Shown one piece after another: positions 55,396 through 64,000 of a DNA stretch of 64,000 nt. Origin of the DNA: an uncultured archaeon. GTDB lineage: Archaea; Aenigmatarchaeota; Aenigmatarchaeia; CG10238-14; SCSR01. The notes under the pieces were generated by a model, which saw only the letters and a program-made list of their open reading frames with translations, did no database searches and was not told where the DNA came from. Positions within the stretch are counted from its first letter, which is position 1. Each line of letters starts with the position of its first letter. The position numbers and the translations under genes are program-made. The stretch is from contig CAZIJH010000001.1 in the NCBI GenBank assembly GCA_964539655.1, positions 74,052-138,051 of the forward strand, written 5' to 3'.

Positions 55396-58197
55396 TTATG
55401 CGGACCAGAATTGTTTTGTTTTCACAAACTGTCTTTCTGCCTGCAGCATGTCTTTGAATAGATCTTCCTCGTTCTTGTGGAATCTCGCAAGGATTCTTTT
55501 TGCGATTGTAGGTCCGACCCCTCTTGCCGCCAGAACAATTGTTGCTTTTTTTCCGTACACCAAAAATAATTCAGCTCTTTTCTTCGCGCGCTCGAACTTT
55601 GCTCTCTCAATTTCGTCGAGCCTTTCTTTTTTCAGTCCTTTCTCCACGACTTTCAAAGCTTCAACCCAGTTCGGTTTCAGCGGAGCGAGCAATTTCGCAT
55701 CGCAGTTTCCGCATTTCAATTTTTCCGGAACGTCTTTCACTGTGTAAAGACGCGACCATTTTCCGCAGTTCACGCACACGAGTCTCATCTGCGAATTCGT
55801 TATCCTCTGCTTGAACAGGTTGAAAATTTCTATGTTCGGTTTCTCCGGTCCGATGACTTCGGCGTATTTGTGACTCACTCCGATTTTTCCTATCGGAGAA
55901 AGTCCTTCCTTGAAGACGACCGAAATTTCTTTCGATTGTATTTTTTTCATTACTTCCAGCGCGCGTTCGATGTCCAATTTTTCCGTCTCGAGCTCCTTCA
56001 GCGTTTCCTGATAGATCGGCGTGCCTGAGAAATCCTCGATTATTTTTTTCATCCTTATTTTTCCGTACTCCGCGTTCCTCTGGATCGCTCCGAATCTTTT
56101 TGCGACATGCACGAACTTCCATTCGTACAGCTCGCTTTTTGCAAGTCCTATTTCTACGTAGCTTGAAAAATGTTCCAGGTTGCTTTGGAATAAAATTTCT
56201 TTTATCAGGTCGAGATTCTTCTGCTGGAACTGTATCATTATCCTGTAAGGGTCCGTTTTCAGCGTGACTGATCCGATCCTGTTCGCGAGCATTGTTGTGA
56301 TGAATCTTCCTATCGTCTCGTTTACCTTTGATCCGAAGCAGCTGTGTATCACCACAATATCTTCGACGTCTTCTATCAGAATATTCTTGTCACTGGGTAT
56401 TACTCCAAATTTTTCCTGCTTCTTGATCAATGACACCATTTTGTCCGCGGAATTTCTGTCGACAGGATAGACTCCCATTACATCTTTCGCGGCCTCCCTC
56501 TCGGTTTTCTTCTTGAGATAATTTCTGATCATCTGTCTGACCTTCCCGACTTCCTGCGCGACTTCGTACGGCACAGGTATGAGCTCACCTTCCCACCCTG
56601 GAACCGATGCTTCTATGTCCTGCGCAGGCTCGACCATCACTCTATCTTCCTCGATAGAAATTATTTTGTACGATTCTCCTTTCAGGATGAAGGTCGTGTT
56701 CGGCTCGCCGTGCAGCGCAATGAATTCCTCGTCAAGAACTCCGACGAATCCCTGGTTGATTATGTTGAAGACTTTGTACTGCTTCACGTCGGGAATCGTG
56801 GAGAGTTGCGTGAAATAATAATCGAACCCCCTTCTTTTTTTGTTGATCGTGTCTTCGAGAAAAACCAAGCCGAGCCTGTCGAGCTGCTTGCACACTTCCA
56901 TGAATTCCTTGTAAGTCAGATCCCTGTACGGCCTTGCGCGTTTCACGACGTTGAAAATTTTTTCCATCTGGGTCTTGCCGAAATCGAATGTCATTCCGAT
57001 TATTTGATGGGCCAGAACGTCGTATGCCTTCTCGTGGAATCTCGTCGGCTCGACTTCGCGGTTGAGCGCCTTTCTTGCGATAACTGCAGCTTCGAAGATG
57101 TCGTCCTCGTCCGTCGAAATAATTATTCCTTTGCTTATCTTTTGCAATTCGTGGCCGCTCCTTCCAACTCGTTGAATCAATTGTGAAACTGTTCTCGGCG
57201 ACATGTATTGCAAAACAAGATCAACGGATCCGATGTCAATCCCGAGCTGCAGGCTGCTCGTCGATATCAGAGATTTCAATTTTTCGGATTTGAAATTCTT
57301 CTCTGCCTGTATCCTTACTTCCTTGCTCAGGCTCGAGTGGTGTATCTCCGCCGGGAAAGTTCTGTCGATTGTTTTTATCCTGCTCGCGAGAATTTCCGCG
57401 AACTCCCGTGTGTTCGTGAACGTCAGAGTTGATCTCGATCCTTTTATCAGTTCCATTATCGTTCTCAGCCTCGCGGCGATCTCTTTCGAAGTGTACACCA
57501 TTTTCGCGATTTTTTCATCTTCCGGTTCGGGCTCCGGATTGATTACGTTAATGTCGAACTGCTTCGTCGTCTCGGCATGGATTATGTTTACTTTTTTTCC
57601 GCCCGCGAAAAATTCCGCAACCTTTTCCGGCTCGCCAACGGTTGCCGAGAGCATTATAAGTTGGAAATCCCCGCACAATTCTTTCAGTCTCTCTAGTCCA
57701 ATTGTGAGCTGCACGCCGCGCTTGCTGTTTACCGTTTCATGGACCTCGTCGATGATCACGTATCTTATGTTTCTCAAGTGGTCCCTGAATCTCTTGGCTG
57801 TCAGCAGGGGCTGCAGCGTTTCCAGGGTCGTGATGAGCATGTTCGGAGGGAACTCCAGCTGCAATTTTCTTTCGTACGCGGAAGTGTCCCCGTGCCTGAC
57901 CGACAATTCTAATCCTGTCTCGTTCCCCCACCACAACAGTCTGTCGAGCAGGTCCCTGTTCAAGGATTTCAGCGGGGTTATGTACAGTGCTGATATAGGC
58001 TTCAGTCTTTCCTGCATCAGAAAATGGAAAATTGGCAGCATGGCCGATTCCGTTTTTCCAGTTCCGGTCTGCGCGAGAAGTAAAATATTGTTTTTCGCGA
58101 GTATCTCCGGTATCGCAAGTTTTTGCGGGACAGTCGGCCCTTTGAATCTTTTCTTGATTATCTTCTGCAGCTCTGGATTGAAATTTTCAAAAACCAT
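55396..58197 (-). CDS. lhr: Lhr-like large ATP-dependent helicase (SF2) with C-terminal Zn-ribbon/HhH region
   Basis: Motif I AQTGTGKT, motif II DEVHE, winged-helix plus Lhr-core extension, C-terminal CVNCGKWS…CGNCDAK; 933 aa. Confidence 0.75.
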   Translation of the reverse strand: MVFENFNPELQKIIKKRFKGPTVPQKLAIPEILAKNNILLLAQTGTGKTESAMLPIFHFLMQERLKPISALYITPLKSLNRDLLDRLLWWGNETGLELSVRHGDTSAYERKLQLEFPPNMLITTLETLQPLLTAKRFRDHLRNIRYVIIDEVHETVNSKRGVQLTIGLERLKELCGDFQLIMLSATVGEPEKVAEFFAGGKKVNIIHAETTKQFDINVINPEPEPEDEKIAKMVYTSKEIAARLRTIMELIKGSRSTLTFTNTREFAEILASRIKTIDRTFPAEIHHSSLSKEVRIQAEKNFKSEKLKSLISTSSLQLGIDIGSVDLVLQYMSPRTVSQLIQRVGRSGHELQKISKGIIISTDEDDIFEAAVIARKALNREVEPTRFHEKAYDVLAHQIIGMTFDFGKTQMEKIFNVVKRARPYRDLTYKEFMEVCKQLDRLGLVFLEDTINKKRRGFDYYFTQLSTIPDVKQYKVFNIINQGFVGVLDEEFIALHGEPNTTFILKGESYKIISIEEDRVMVEPAQDIEASVPGWEGELIPVPYEVAQEVGKVRQMIRNYLKKKTEREAAKDVMGVYPVDRNSADKMVSLIKKQEKFGVIPSDKNILIEDVEDIVVIHSCFGSKVNETIGRFITTMLANRIGSVTLKTDPYRIMIQFQQKNLDLIKEILFQSNLEHFSSYVEIGLAKSELYEWKFVHVAKRFGAIQRNAEYGKIRMKKIIEDFSGTPIYQETLKELETEKLDIERALEVMKKIQSKEISVVFKEGLSPIGKIGVSHKYAEVIGPEKPNIEIFNLFKQRITNSQMRLVCVNCGKWSRLYTVKDVPEKLKCGNCDAKLLAPLKPNWVEALKVVEKGLKKERLDEIERAKFERAKKRAELFLVYGKKATIVLAARGVGPTIAKRILARFHKNEEDLFKDMLQAERQFVKTKQFWSA

Positions 58198-58343
58198 TCA
58201 GGACCGACCTCGAGAAATATCTCTAATCAGGAGTGGAGTATATACGTTGAGTTTCATTCGCATAACTGAAAGTCGAAATCAAATAGCATTACAGAAATAT
58301 TTCTCGGAGCTAATAAAGTTTTGCCTAAGAAAAAACGAAAATA

Positions 58344-59024
58344 TTATCCAACCAACAAATAGCCCAGATCATATTTCAGCTGTTCGCAAGAAGAATAAAT
58401 AATTATCTTCATACCCACTTCTTTTTCTGCTATGTCGGCATTTTCTTTTTTGTCGTCAACAAGTACGGTTTCATCTGCGTTTTCGACGCTAATTCCTAGC
58501 TTATCCAAGATTCTTAGAAAAGGCGCCTTTACATTTTTTCTAGCGCCAACTTCGTATGATGTGACAATTTCATGGAAGTAAGAATCATAATTGTATAATT
58601 TTCTCCAATACTCGAACCACTCTCTCTCGGTGTCACTCAATAAACCTATTTTATATTTTGTTCTCAATTTCTCGACAAGATCTAAAACATTTTTGTCGGG
58701 TTTCGAAGAATCCAGCATTATTCTTCTCAATTCCTCTCTTTTGGAATTGTCGATGCCGAGCTCGCTTTCGACCCGTGTCCAATAATCGTCCTCGGTAATT
58801 TTATTTTCCTGGTATGGTCCGAGTGTCCTTTCTTTGTTGCTTATCACGGAAAATATTTTTTCTCTGCCAATTCCCAGAATCTTCGCGTATTCGTAACTTG
58901 CAGTTACAATCGGATTCGTGGCTACCACTCCGCCAAAATCGAATATTATTGCCGAGATCATCTTACTAAAAGAAAGAGTCGTTAAAATATTTATACAGAA
59001 AGTCATCACTTCAGTGACAGACAA
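58344..59024 (-). CDS. HAD-superfamily hydrolase
   Basis: IFDFGGVV motif I and downstream HAD motifs. The likely start is the internal Met near 58958. Confidence 0.55.
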   Translation of the reverse strand: MSVTEVMTFCINILTTLSFSKMISAIIFDFGGVVATNPIVTASYEYAKILGIGREKIFSVISNKERTLGPYQENKITEDDYWTRVESELGIDNSKREELRRIMLDSSKPDKNVLDLVEKLRTKYKIGLLSDTEREWFEYWRKLYNYDSYFHEIVTSYEVGARKNVKAPFLRILDKLGISVENADETVLVDDKKENADIAEKEVGMKIIIYSSCEQLKYDLGYLLVG

Positions 59025-59033
59025 TACTTATTT
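59002..59033 (+). promoter_or_regulatory. Conserved ~30-bp promoter-proximal motif, copy 2
   Basis: GTCATCACTTCAGTGACAGACAATACTTATTT, preceded by the TATA-like TTTATACAG. About 65 nt upstream of the small secreted-protein gene. Confidence 0.45.
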
Positions 59034-59097
59034 CGGTCTCCTGCTAAGTCGATGGTACTCTGCTGGGATAACTTTTGGCGAGGATGGTCATTCTAAA

Positions 59098-59367
59098 ATG
59101 AAAAAGATTTTGTTAATCTCATTTTTCGCAGGCCTTTTTATTTTTGCCAGTCCGGTAAATGCTTCCGTGCTCGACGACTTGTTGGGATCTGGTTTTTACA
59201 ACACGACCAGCGTCGACATCGCGGACAGGAACAATTTCCTCGATGTCACGTCGGAGGTTTTGCAGTCGAGGTCGGTACAGTTGGTTGTCCTTGTTGTGAT
59301 AGCGGTCATATGGGTGCTGCTCGAGGATTTTCTGGTCATCGGGGAGAAATACGAGCGAATCAATTAG
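59098..59367 (+). CDS. Small secreted/membrane protein (signal peptide + C-terminal TM)
   Basis: MKKILLISFFAGLFIFASPVNAS…VQLVVLVVIAVIWVLLEDFLVIG; start chosen at the ATG downstream of the conserved motif. Confidence 0.45.
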   Translation: MKKILLISFFAGLFIFASPVNASVLDDLLGSGFYNTTSVDIADRNNFLDVTSEVLQSRSVQLVVLVVIAVIWVLLEDFLVIGEKYERIN

Positions 59368-59402
59368 TAAAATAAATACGGAAAGTTTCTATTGAATAAT
59401 TC

Positions 59403-60059
59403 ATGGACAGGATATCGGAAATAATTCGAATTTTGCAGAAGATATATAGGGTTAAAATATCAAAGGAAGACCCGTTCAGGGTTCTGATCCGCGTGATGCT
59501 TTCTCACAGGACATTGGACAAGACAAGCATTCCTGCAGCAGAAAGACTTTTTTCAAGGGCGGACACTCCTGAAAAGATTCTCAAACTTTCGAAAAAAGAA
59601 ATAGAAAAAATAATCTATCCGGTCGGATTTTACAAAATGAAATCAAAAAATATTTTGAAAACTTGCGCGATGCTGGTTGGAAAATTTAGCAGAGAAGTTC
59701 CGCATACCATGGAAGAGCTCATACAGTTTCCTGGTGTTGGCGTGAAAAGTGCAGCAATAGTTCTTGTATGGGGATACGGGATACCTGCGGTGGCGGTCGA
59801 CAGCCATGTAAACCGTGTAATGCAACGGATAGGAATAGTCGAGAAAGATTCTCGTCCGGCAAAAACGCAGGGCGTCTTGGAAAAAATTATTCCGGAAAAT
59901 CTGAAACCGATTTCGAATTTTCTTTTCGTGCAGTTTGGAAGGGAGATTTGCCAGCCGAGAATTCCTCTTTGCTACAAATGCCCAATTGTGAAGCTTTGCG
60001 AATACGAACCGAAAAATTTGGAACAGAAGAAAATTATTCCTCTAAGAATTTATTCATAA
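59403..60059 (+). CDS. nth: Endonuclease III (HhH-GPD DNA glycosylase with 4Fe-4S cluster)
   Basis: HhH-GPD region LIQFPGVGVKSAAIV…VDSHV and the cluster loop CQPRIPLCYKCPIVKLC. Confidence 0.8.
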   Translation: MDRISEIIRILQKIYRVKISKEDPFRVLIRVMLSHRTLDKTSIPAAERLFSRADTPEKILKLSKKEIEKIIYPVGFYKMKSKNILKTCAMLVGKFSREVPHTMEELIQFPGVGVKSAAIVLVWGYGIPAVAVDSHVNRVMQRIGIVEKDSRPAKTQGVLEKIIPENLKPISNFLFVQFGREICQPRIPLCYKCPIVKLCEYEPKNLEQKKIIPLRIYS

Positions 60060-60386
60060 TTTTCGTACTCTCAGTTCCATTTCATTTGGATCAAAGTACA
60101 CCCTTACTTTTTCACCTTTCCTAAAAATCAACTTTAATTCTTTTGGCAAGGTGACCGCAATAGATCCCCCAAATTTGACTAATTTACGTGATGTTTCTAT
60201 TTTTGGGATAAGCTTCTCCTGTAATTTGATTGCATCCTTCAATAGAACAAGTTCTTTCCCGCATTTCGGGCAAGCAAAAACTCGAACTGATTCCCCACGT
60301 ACCTTCTCTTTCTTTTCTAACATTGTGGTCTTACATTCGCATTTCATATTTATCCCCAGACTTTTTTCTTTGCAGTAATTCCGCAA
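60054..60386 (-). CDS. Zn-ribbon + AbrB/MazE (SpoVT-AbrB)-type DNA-binding protein; possible antitoxin
   Basis: N-terminal CECK…CPKCG zinc ribbon; C-terminal KLVKFGGSIAVTLPKELKLIFRKGEKVRVYFDPNEMELR swapped-hairpin-like motif. Confidence 0.45.
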   Translation of the reverse strand: MRNYCKEKSLGINMKCECKTTMLEKKEKVRGESVRVFACPKCGKELVLLKDAIKLQEKLIPKIETSRKLVKFGGSIAVTLPKELKLIFRKGEKVRVYFDPNEMELRVRKL

Positions 60387-60631
60387 GTTTTGAATTCCAG
60401 AAATTCTGGATATTCCTCAAAAATAACATAGACCATCTTGCATTTCTTAATTGGAAGCACTGCACGAAATTTATTTTTGCCTTCTTGCCATATTTCACCA
60501 TATTCAAACACATCTTCAACTCTTCTGAAACCAAGTCTGTTTAACGTTCTTATCATCACATATTTGTCTATTGCAAATGGTTTTTCTCTTATTTTGAATT
60601 CTTCTTCTTTTGAGAGCTTCCTCGGCTTCAT
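60350..60631 (-). CDS. Small hypothetical protein overlapping the AbrB-like gene; possible toxin partner
   Basis: 93 aa; overlaps the downstream gene by 37 nt in a different frame; weak resemblance to YcfA/HicA-like sequences only. Confidence 0.3.
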   Translation of the reverse strand: MKPRKLSKEEEFKIREKPFAIDKYVMIRTLNRLGFRRVEDVFEYGEIWQEGKNKFRAVLPIKKCKMVYVIFEEYPEFLEFKTCGITAKKKVWG

Positions 60632-60731
60632 TCATATCTGTATATACGTTTTATATATACTAATATTTGCATTTACCACTCTTGAAAGTGGTTCTAAATT
60701 TAGATAAGCAATTAGTAGCGTCTAGATAATC

Positions 60732-61397
60732 ATGAAAAAAATAATCGCAATTTCGATCGCCGCGTTTTCTCTCGTCATTCTGGCAAGCAGCTCTTTCGCT
60801 TTCACCGGACTTTTTTACAAGGCGTTCTCCAGAAATTTTGCGCCGGACGAGATTTTCGAAAACAACATCACGATAAGAAAATTTTACAACCTCACGATAA
60901 AATTCCAGAAAGAAGGTTCGACTTCTGACCTGACGATCAAGAATGTGAACACGTCGATAATCCTTAAGGACGGAAATTATTCGCAGATACAAAAATTCAC
61001 GGGGTTTAACGGAACGTCTCTTTATTCTGTTGTTGACAAACAAATTCTCGACAAGATAAAATTCGTTTCATCTTACAATGTTAGCAACTCGGCCAACAGC
61101 TACGAAGACGTAGAGGACCAACCCGTATCTTTCAGCTTGATAGGGACCAAGGCGACAATGGTGATAAAAGTCAGTCCGAAAAATTCAACAACAACTGTTT
61201 CTGCTTCGGGCAATTCGACCTTTCAAGGGTATCTGATCGACGATCTGACAAATCTTCCGGTAGAAAATATAGAAGTCGCAATTTTTTCAAGCGATTCTAA
61301 AATCGTGCGGAACTATACCGACAGCAACGGAAAATTTATTTTGAGTTTCAGTCCAGGTAATTACGACGTCTTCGTCGGAGAATATGCAGCAATCTGA
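60732..61397 (+). CDS. Secreted protein with C-terminal carboxypeptidase-regulatory-like (transthyretin-like) domain
   Basis: Signal peptide MKKIIAISIAAFSLVILASSSFA; C-terminal GYLIDDLTNLPVENIEVAIFSSD…TDSNGKFILSFSPGNYDVFV. TATA-like box at ~60645. Confidence 0.55.
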   Translation: MKKIIAISIAAFSLVILASSSFAFTGLFYKAFSRNFAPDEIFENNITIRKFYNLTIKFQKEGSTSDLTIKNVNTSIILKDGNYSQIQKFTGFNGTSLYSVVDKQILDKIKFVSSYNVSNSANSYEDVEDQPVSFSLIGTKATMVIKVSPKNSTTTVSASGNSTFQGYLIDDLTNLPVENIEVAIFSSDSKIVRNYTDSNGKFILSFSPGNYDVFVGEYAAI

Positions 61398-62227
61398 ATT
61401 TTTCCGAGTATCTCTTTCGCTGCGAGAACTAGTTTTGCAATTCTAGTTTTGGGAATTTTTGTGAGGCTGCAAATTTCTGACTCGTCCTTTTCGACAAGCT
61501 GTCTGAGAAGAATTATTTCTGCGTCTCCGAGCTTCTCCTCCTCGTTCCTGTCAAGATTTTTCAACAAAGTTATCGGATAGAGCTTGTTCCTTTCGATCAT
61601 ATCCTCGAGGCTGTCACCCGGCGGCGACTTCCATCCTATGTTATCGATCCCCCTGCATCTCGAATACCTCCATGCATGGTCCGATATTTTTGTGTTTGAA
61701 ACTACGACTGCCCGAGTGAATTTTATTTTATTTTTGCCTCTGAGATAGCCTTCGCACAAATCCTCGAAAGTCGAGTTCGCTTCCAAAAAAACATCGAGTC
61801 CCGTGAACGTGTGGTGCTGGAGATGGTGCTTGACTTCGACATAAATTATTTCGCTGCTGTTGTTCGCGATGACGTCTATCTCGTGGTCGACGCATTTGCC
61901 CGCTACGATCTGGTTCATCTGAACCTGGTATCCCTGCGATTTCAAAATCGCCCCTACGAATTTTTCAAAATCTGGTTTCGATCTCAGCAGGCTTATCGCC
62001 TCGCGCAGATCTATGATGTGCTTCACTTCGGGCCTGTAATTTTCAAGTTCGGAAAAAATCATTTGTAGAATTTTTTTCGTTTCGGTCCCGTCTTTTAATT
62101 TTTCCTCTATTTTGTCCGCGATGTTCCGCGCTTCTTCGTTGCTCGCCCCCATGCGAATGCATGTCCTGGCGATTTTTTCCTTCTCGAAAATCTGCCTCCT
62201 TCCGTCCGCCTTGGTTACGTGCAACAT
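61361..62227 (-). CDS. ATP-cone domain fused to Mrr/NERD-like PD-(D/E)xK restriction-endonuclease-like domain
   Basis: N-terminal ATP-cone (MLHVTKADGRRQIFEKEKIARTCIRMG…); central IDVIANNSSEIIYVEVKHH (D…E-V-K); C-terminal helical region. Confidence 0.55.
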   Translation of the reverse strand: MLHVTKADGRRQIFEKEKIARTCIRMGASNEEARNIADKIEEKLKDGTETKKILQMIFSELENYRPEVKHIIDLREAISLLRSKPDFEKFVGAILKSQGYQVQMNQIVAGKCVDHEIDVIANNSSEIIYVEVKHHLQHHTFTGLDVFLEANSTFEDLCEGYLRGKNKIKFTRAVVVSNTKISDHAWRYSRCRGIDNIGWKSPPGDSLEDMIERNKLYPITLLKNLDRNEEEKLGDAEIILLRQLVEKDESEICSLTKIPKTRIAKLVLAAKEILGKIQIAAYSPTKTS

Positions 62228-62373
62228 TTAATATAGATTTTATTTTTCTGCAAAATAAATCCGAAATTTTTTCCGTGAAAATATTTTTTCAGAATTTTTT
62301 ACAAATAATTTTTATGACACATCGCAAAAATATCTTTATATATACCTTTTCACAAATTTTTAAAAGGTTGCGG

Positions 62374-64000
62374 ATGAGAAACACAAATTTATTGCTATCG
62401 TTTTTGGTTTCGATTGTAGTATTCGCTAGTTTGTCCGCAGGAGTTTTCGCGCAAATTTACACAACTGAAACAAACCAGCACACATTTGTTATAGATTTCA
62501 ACGTAACAATGACCAATTCTACAGGATACATTGTTGGTCCAGGACAGGCTGGAATGCCGGGAGCTATGATGTTCAACGCGACTTTGAACCAGGAACCCGC
62601 TGCAGGAACAAAAGACAACATAACATTTTTAAACGGTAACATAACTACGCAATTCAGGTTGGGTGGTGACAACGGAACTACAAAATACACGCTTTCATTG
62701 TGGTTCAACGACACGAGCAACACTCCAAATTCGGTTTTCAAAATAATTATTTACGGACTGACAAACGGTACCAGGACAGCCAGCCAAAATTCTAACGGAT
62801 CCTTGAGCGTGCATTTCGTTCCGTTCAACTACTATCCTTATGTTCGAAATCAGGCGAAGCCAGCGGATTTCGTTAACATGATAGGCGGATTTTTCATAAA
62901 CGCCACGAACATAACTTACGACAACATAACTGTCGCTTATCCGAGATACGGATTCATGCCGCAATATGTCTACAAATGCAACACATATAACAATTCTTTC
63001 GCAAGCGTTCTCACAGAGCCTTCATATGGATGTACTTCATGGGGAGGATCGGATCCTGTGGTGCAGGGGACCAACATGTCGTTCAACGGAACTCACATAA
63101 ACGTGAACTTCACTTATGTGGTCGGATTGGAGATTAACGGAACGTTCTTCGGTGAGAAACAGTTCAATATGATTCCTCTTGTGTCCGCAACTGGCAACAG
63201 CTACGATGCGAACTTCACAGTTGTGAGTTGGGCAAACAGGCAGAAGAAATATATCTCGCCAGTTCCGTTCTTCGAAATGAACGAGACTGTAGGAAGACCT
63301 TACATGGCGACTCAAGGTTATGCAAACTTCATGTTCTGGAGCTCTAGCTTGGGGGTTGGTGCGCCAGAAGTCGCTCCAATGGAAGAGCCGAACGTAACTG
63401 AGATGATGGTTTACAACTTGACATTTAACGTCACTGCCACGCCGACAGGAACAGGCGATCCAAGATTCGTCAATGTTACCGTCAAGCCAAGATACTTTAG
63501 TTATGGAACTGTAAGCGGAAATGAAACTCGCCTCATGCCAGTTTGGAACGGCACGATGGGAGTGTTCTTCGGTGGAAGCGGAAACAAGACAATGAACCTT
63601 GTATTCCCGAACATGAGCCAGATCGTATACCAGACGCGCTGGAACGGATCGACTTACATATGCAGGTGGCAGACATCGCAGTCACCAGAGTCGTCTCAAA
63701 GACTTCACTATTCAAACATTTCCAACAGAGCGACGATGGGATACCCATGCAATGCAACGACTGCAGAATATGACCTGTCTACTGGTGAGATCAACATATC
63801 GGTCGCCAGCTACACTAACCAGGGCGATGAGGGCAAAGCCGGAAATACTTCAGTTTCGATGCTGTTTATGCTCGGACAGAACAACGACCAGAGAACTAGA
63901 GCTGCCGCATTCAGCCCGGTGTATCTGATGAACCAGACAATAACTGGATTTGGATTTACTCCTGATGTCAATTCTAGCGCTCCAAAACCTGGAGACAGTG
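62374..64000 (+). CDS. Large secreted, N-glycosylation-sequon-rich surface (S-layer-like) protein; 3' end outside window
   Basis: ATG at 62374 after a TTTATATATACC TATA-like box. Signal peptide MRNTNLLLSFLVSIVVFASLSAGVFA. More than 40 N-x-S/T sequons in 540 aa. No stop before 64000. Not in the ORF track because it runs off the edge. Confidence 0.7.
   Translation, partial: MRNTNLLLSFLVSIVVFASLSAGVFAQIYTTETNQHTFVIDFNVTMTNSTGYIVGPGQAGMPGAMMFNATLNQEPAAGTKDNITFLNGNITTQFRLGGDNGTTKYTLSLWFNDTSNTPNSVFKIIIYGLTNGTRTASQNSNGSLSVHFVPFNYYPYVRNQAKPADFVNMIGGFFINATNITYDNITVAYPRYGFMPQYVYKCNTYNNSFASVLTEPSYGCTSWGGSDPVVQGTNMSFNGTHINVNFTYVVGLEINGTFFGEKQFNMIPLVSATGNSYDANFTVVSWANRQKKYISPVPFFEMNETVGRPYMATQGYANFMFWSSSLGVGAPEVAPMEEPNVTEMMVYNLTFNVTATPTGTGDPRFVNVTVKPRYFSYGTVSGNETRLMPVWNGTMGVFFGGSGNKTMNLVFPNMSQIVYQTRWNGSTYICRWQTSQSPESSQRLHYSNISNRATMGYPCNATTAEYDLSTGEINISVASYTNQGDEGKAGNTSVSMLFMLGQNNDQRTRAAAFSPVYLMNQTITGFGFTPDVNSSAPKPGDS

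Noticed and set aside
1-64000. CRISPR arrays, rRNA genes, transposases/integrases
   Set aside because: No short direct-repeat/spacer periodicity was seen anywhere by eye. The only tandem repeats are the in-frame 39-bp protein-coding repeats at 32.0-33.6 kb. No rRNA-like conserved stretches or DDE/tyrosine-recombinase motifs were seen in any frame I examined.

Overview
The window reads as archaeal chromosome with roughly 40% GC. The evidence is an eIF2-alpha/Nop10 pair, archaeal-type r-protein S2, Sec61-beta, a PAC2 proteasome-assembly chaperone, BHB-type tRNA introns and oligo-T terminators. Compact genes and non-canonical tRNA features suggest a small-genome, possibly DPANN-like, archaeon. 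I cannot name the organism without a database search.

Housekeeping content: a sufS-D-B-C Fe-S assembly operon (sufS runs off the 5' end), endonuclease IV, a PolX/PHP polymerase, class II (B12) ribonucleotide reductase, ftsZ with a nearby PRC-barrel gene, Lhr helicase, endonuclease III, NAD kinase, a Glu/Leu-type amino-acid dehydrogenase, and tRNAs Leu(UAG), Glu(CUC), Arg(UCG), Ser(GCU, with intron) and Val(GAC).

Accessory or unusual content:
(i) A dense thiol-redox cluster at 10.3-18.3 kb, holding a VKOR-partner-type Trx domain, a rhodanese, Cys-rich secreted proteins, a triple-CxxC thioredoxin-repeat protein, two small CxxC redoxins, TrxR, a DUF59 Fe-S factor, a VIT1 transporter, plus two unannotated small Cys-containing ORFs.
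(ii) A nickel superoxide dismutase with its SodX maturation protease.
(iii) A surface-structure locus at 30.9-37.5 kb: HTH regulator, a 1242-aa protein with ~35 tandem 13-aa repeats, a CARDB-like anchored protein, a MinD/ParA ATPase and a coiled-coil protein.
(iv) A class-II tRNA-like gene with an aberrant anticodon loop and two insertions, one at T-loop 59/60, next to a partial duplicate.
(v) An extremely AT-rich single-gene island abutting tRNA-Glu.
(vi) A free-standing LAGLIDADG endonuclease next to tRNA-Arg.
(vii) A TrmB regulator with palindromic operators and a ~30-bp motif repeated 8.7 kb away.
(viii) A standalone PqqD-like RRE protein.
(ix) An ATP-cone/Mrr-like nuclease fusion.
(x) A candidate toxin/antitoxin pair.
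(xi) A GC-rich ORF-free island that may be a structured RNA.
(xii) An N-glycosylation-sequon-rich S-layer-like gene running off the 3' end.

No CRISPR array, rRNA or integrase was seen.
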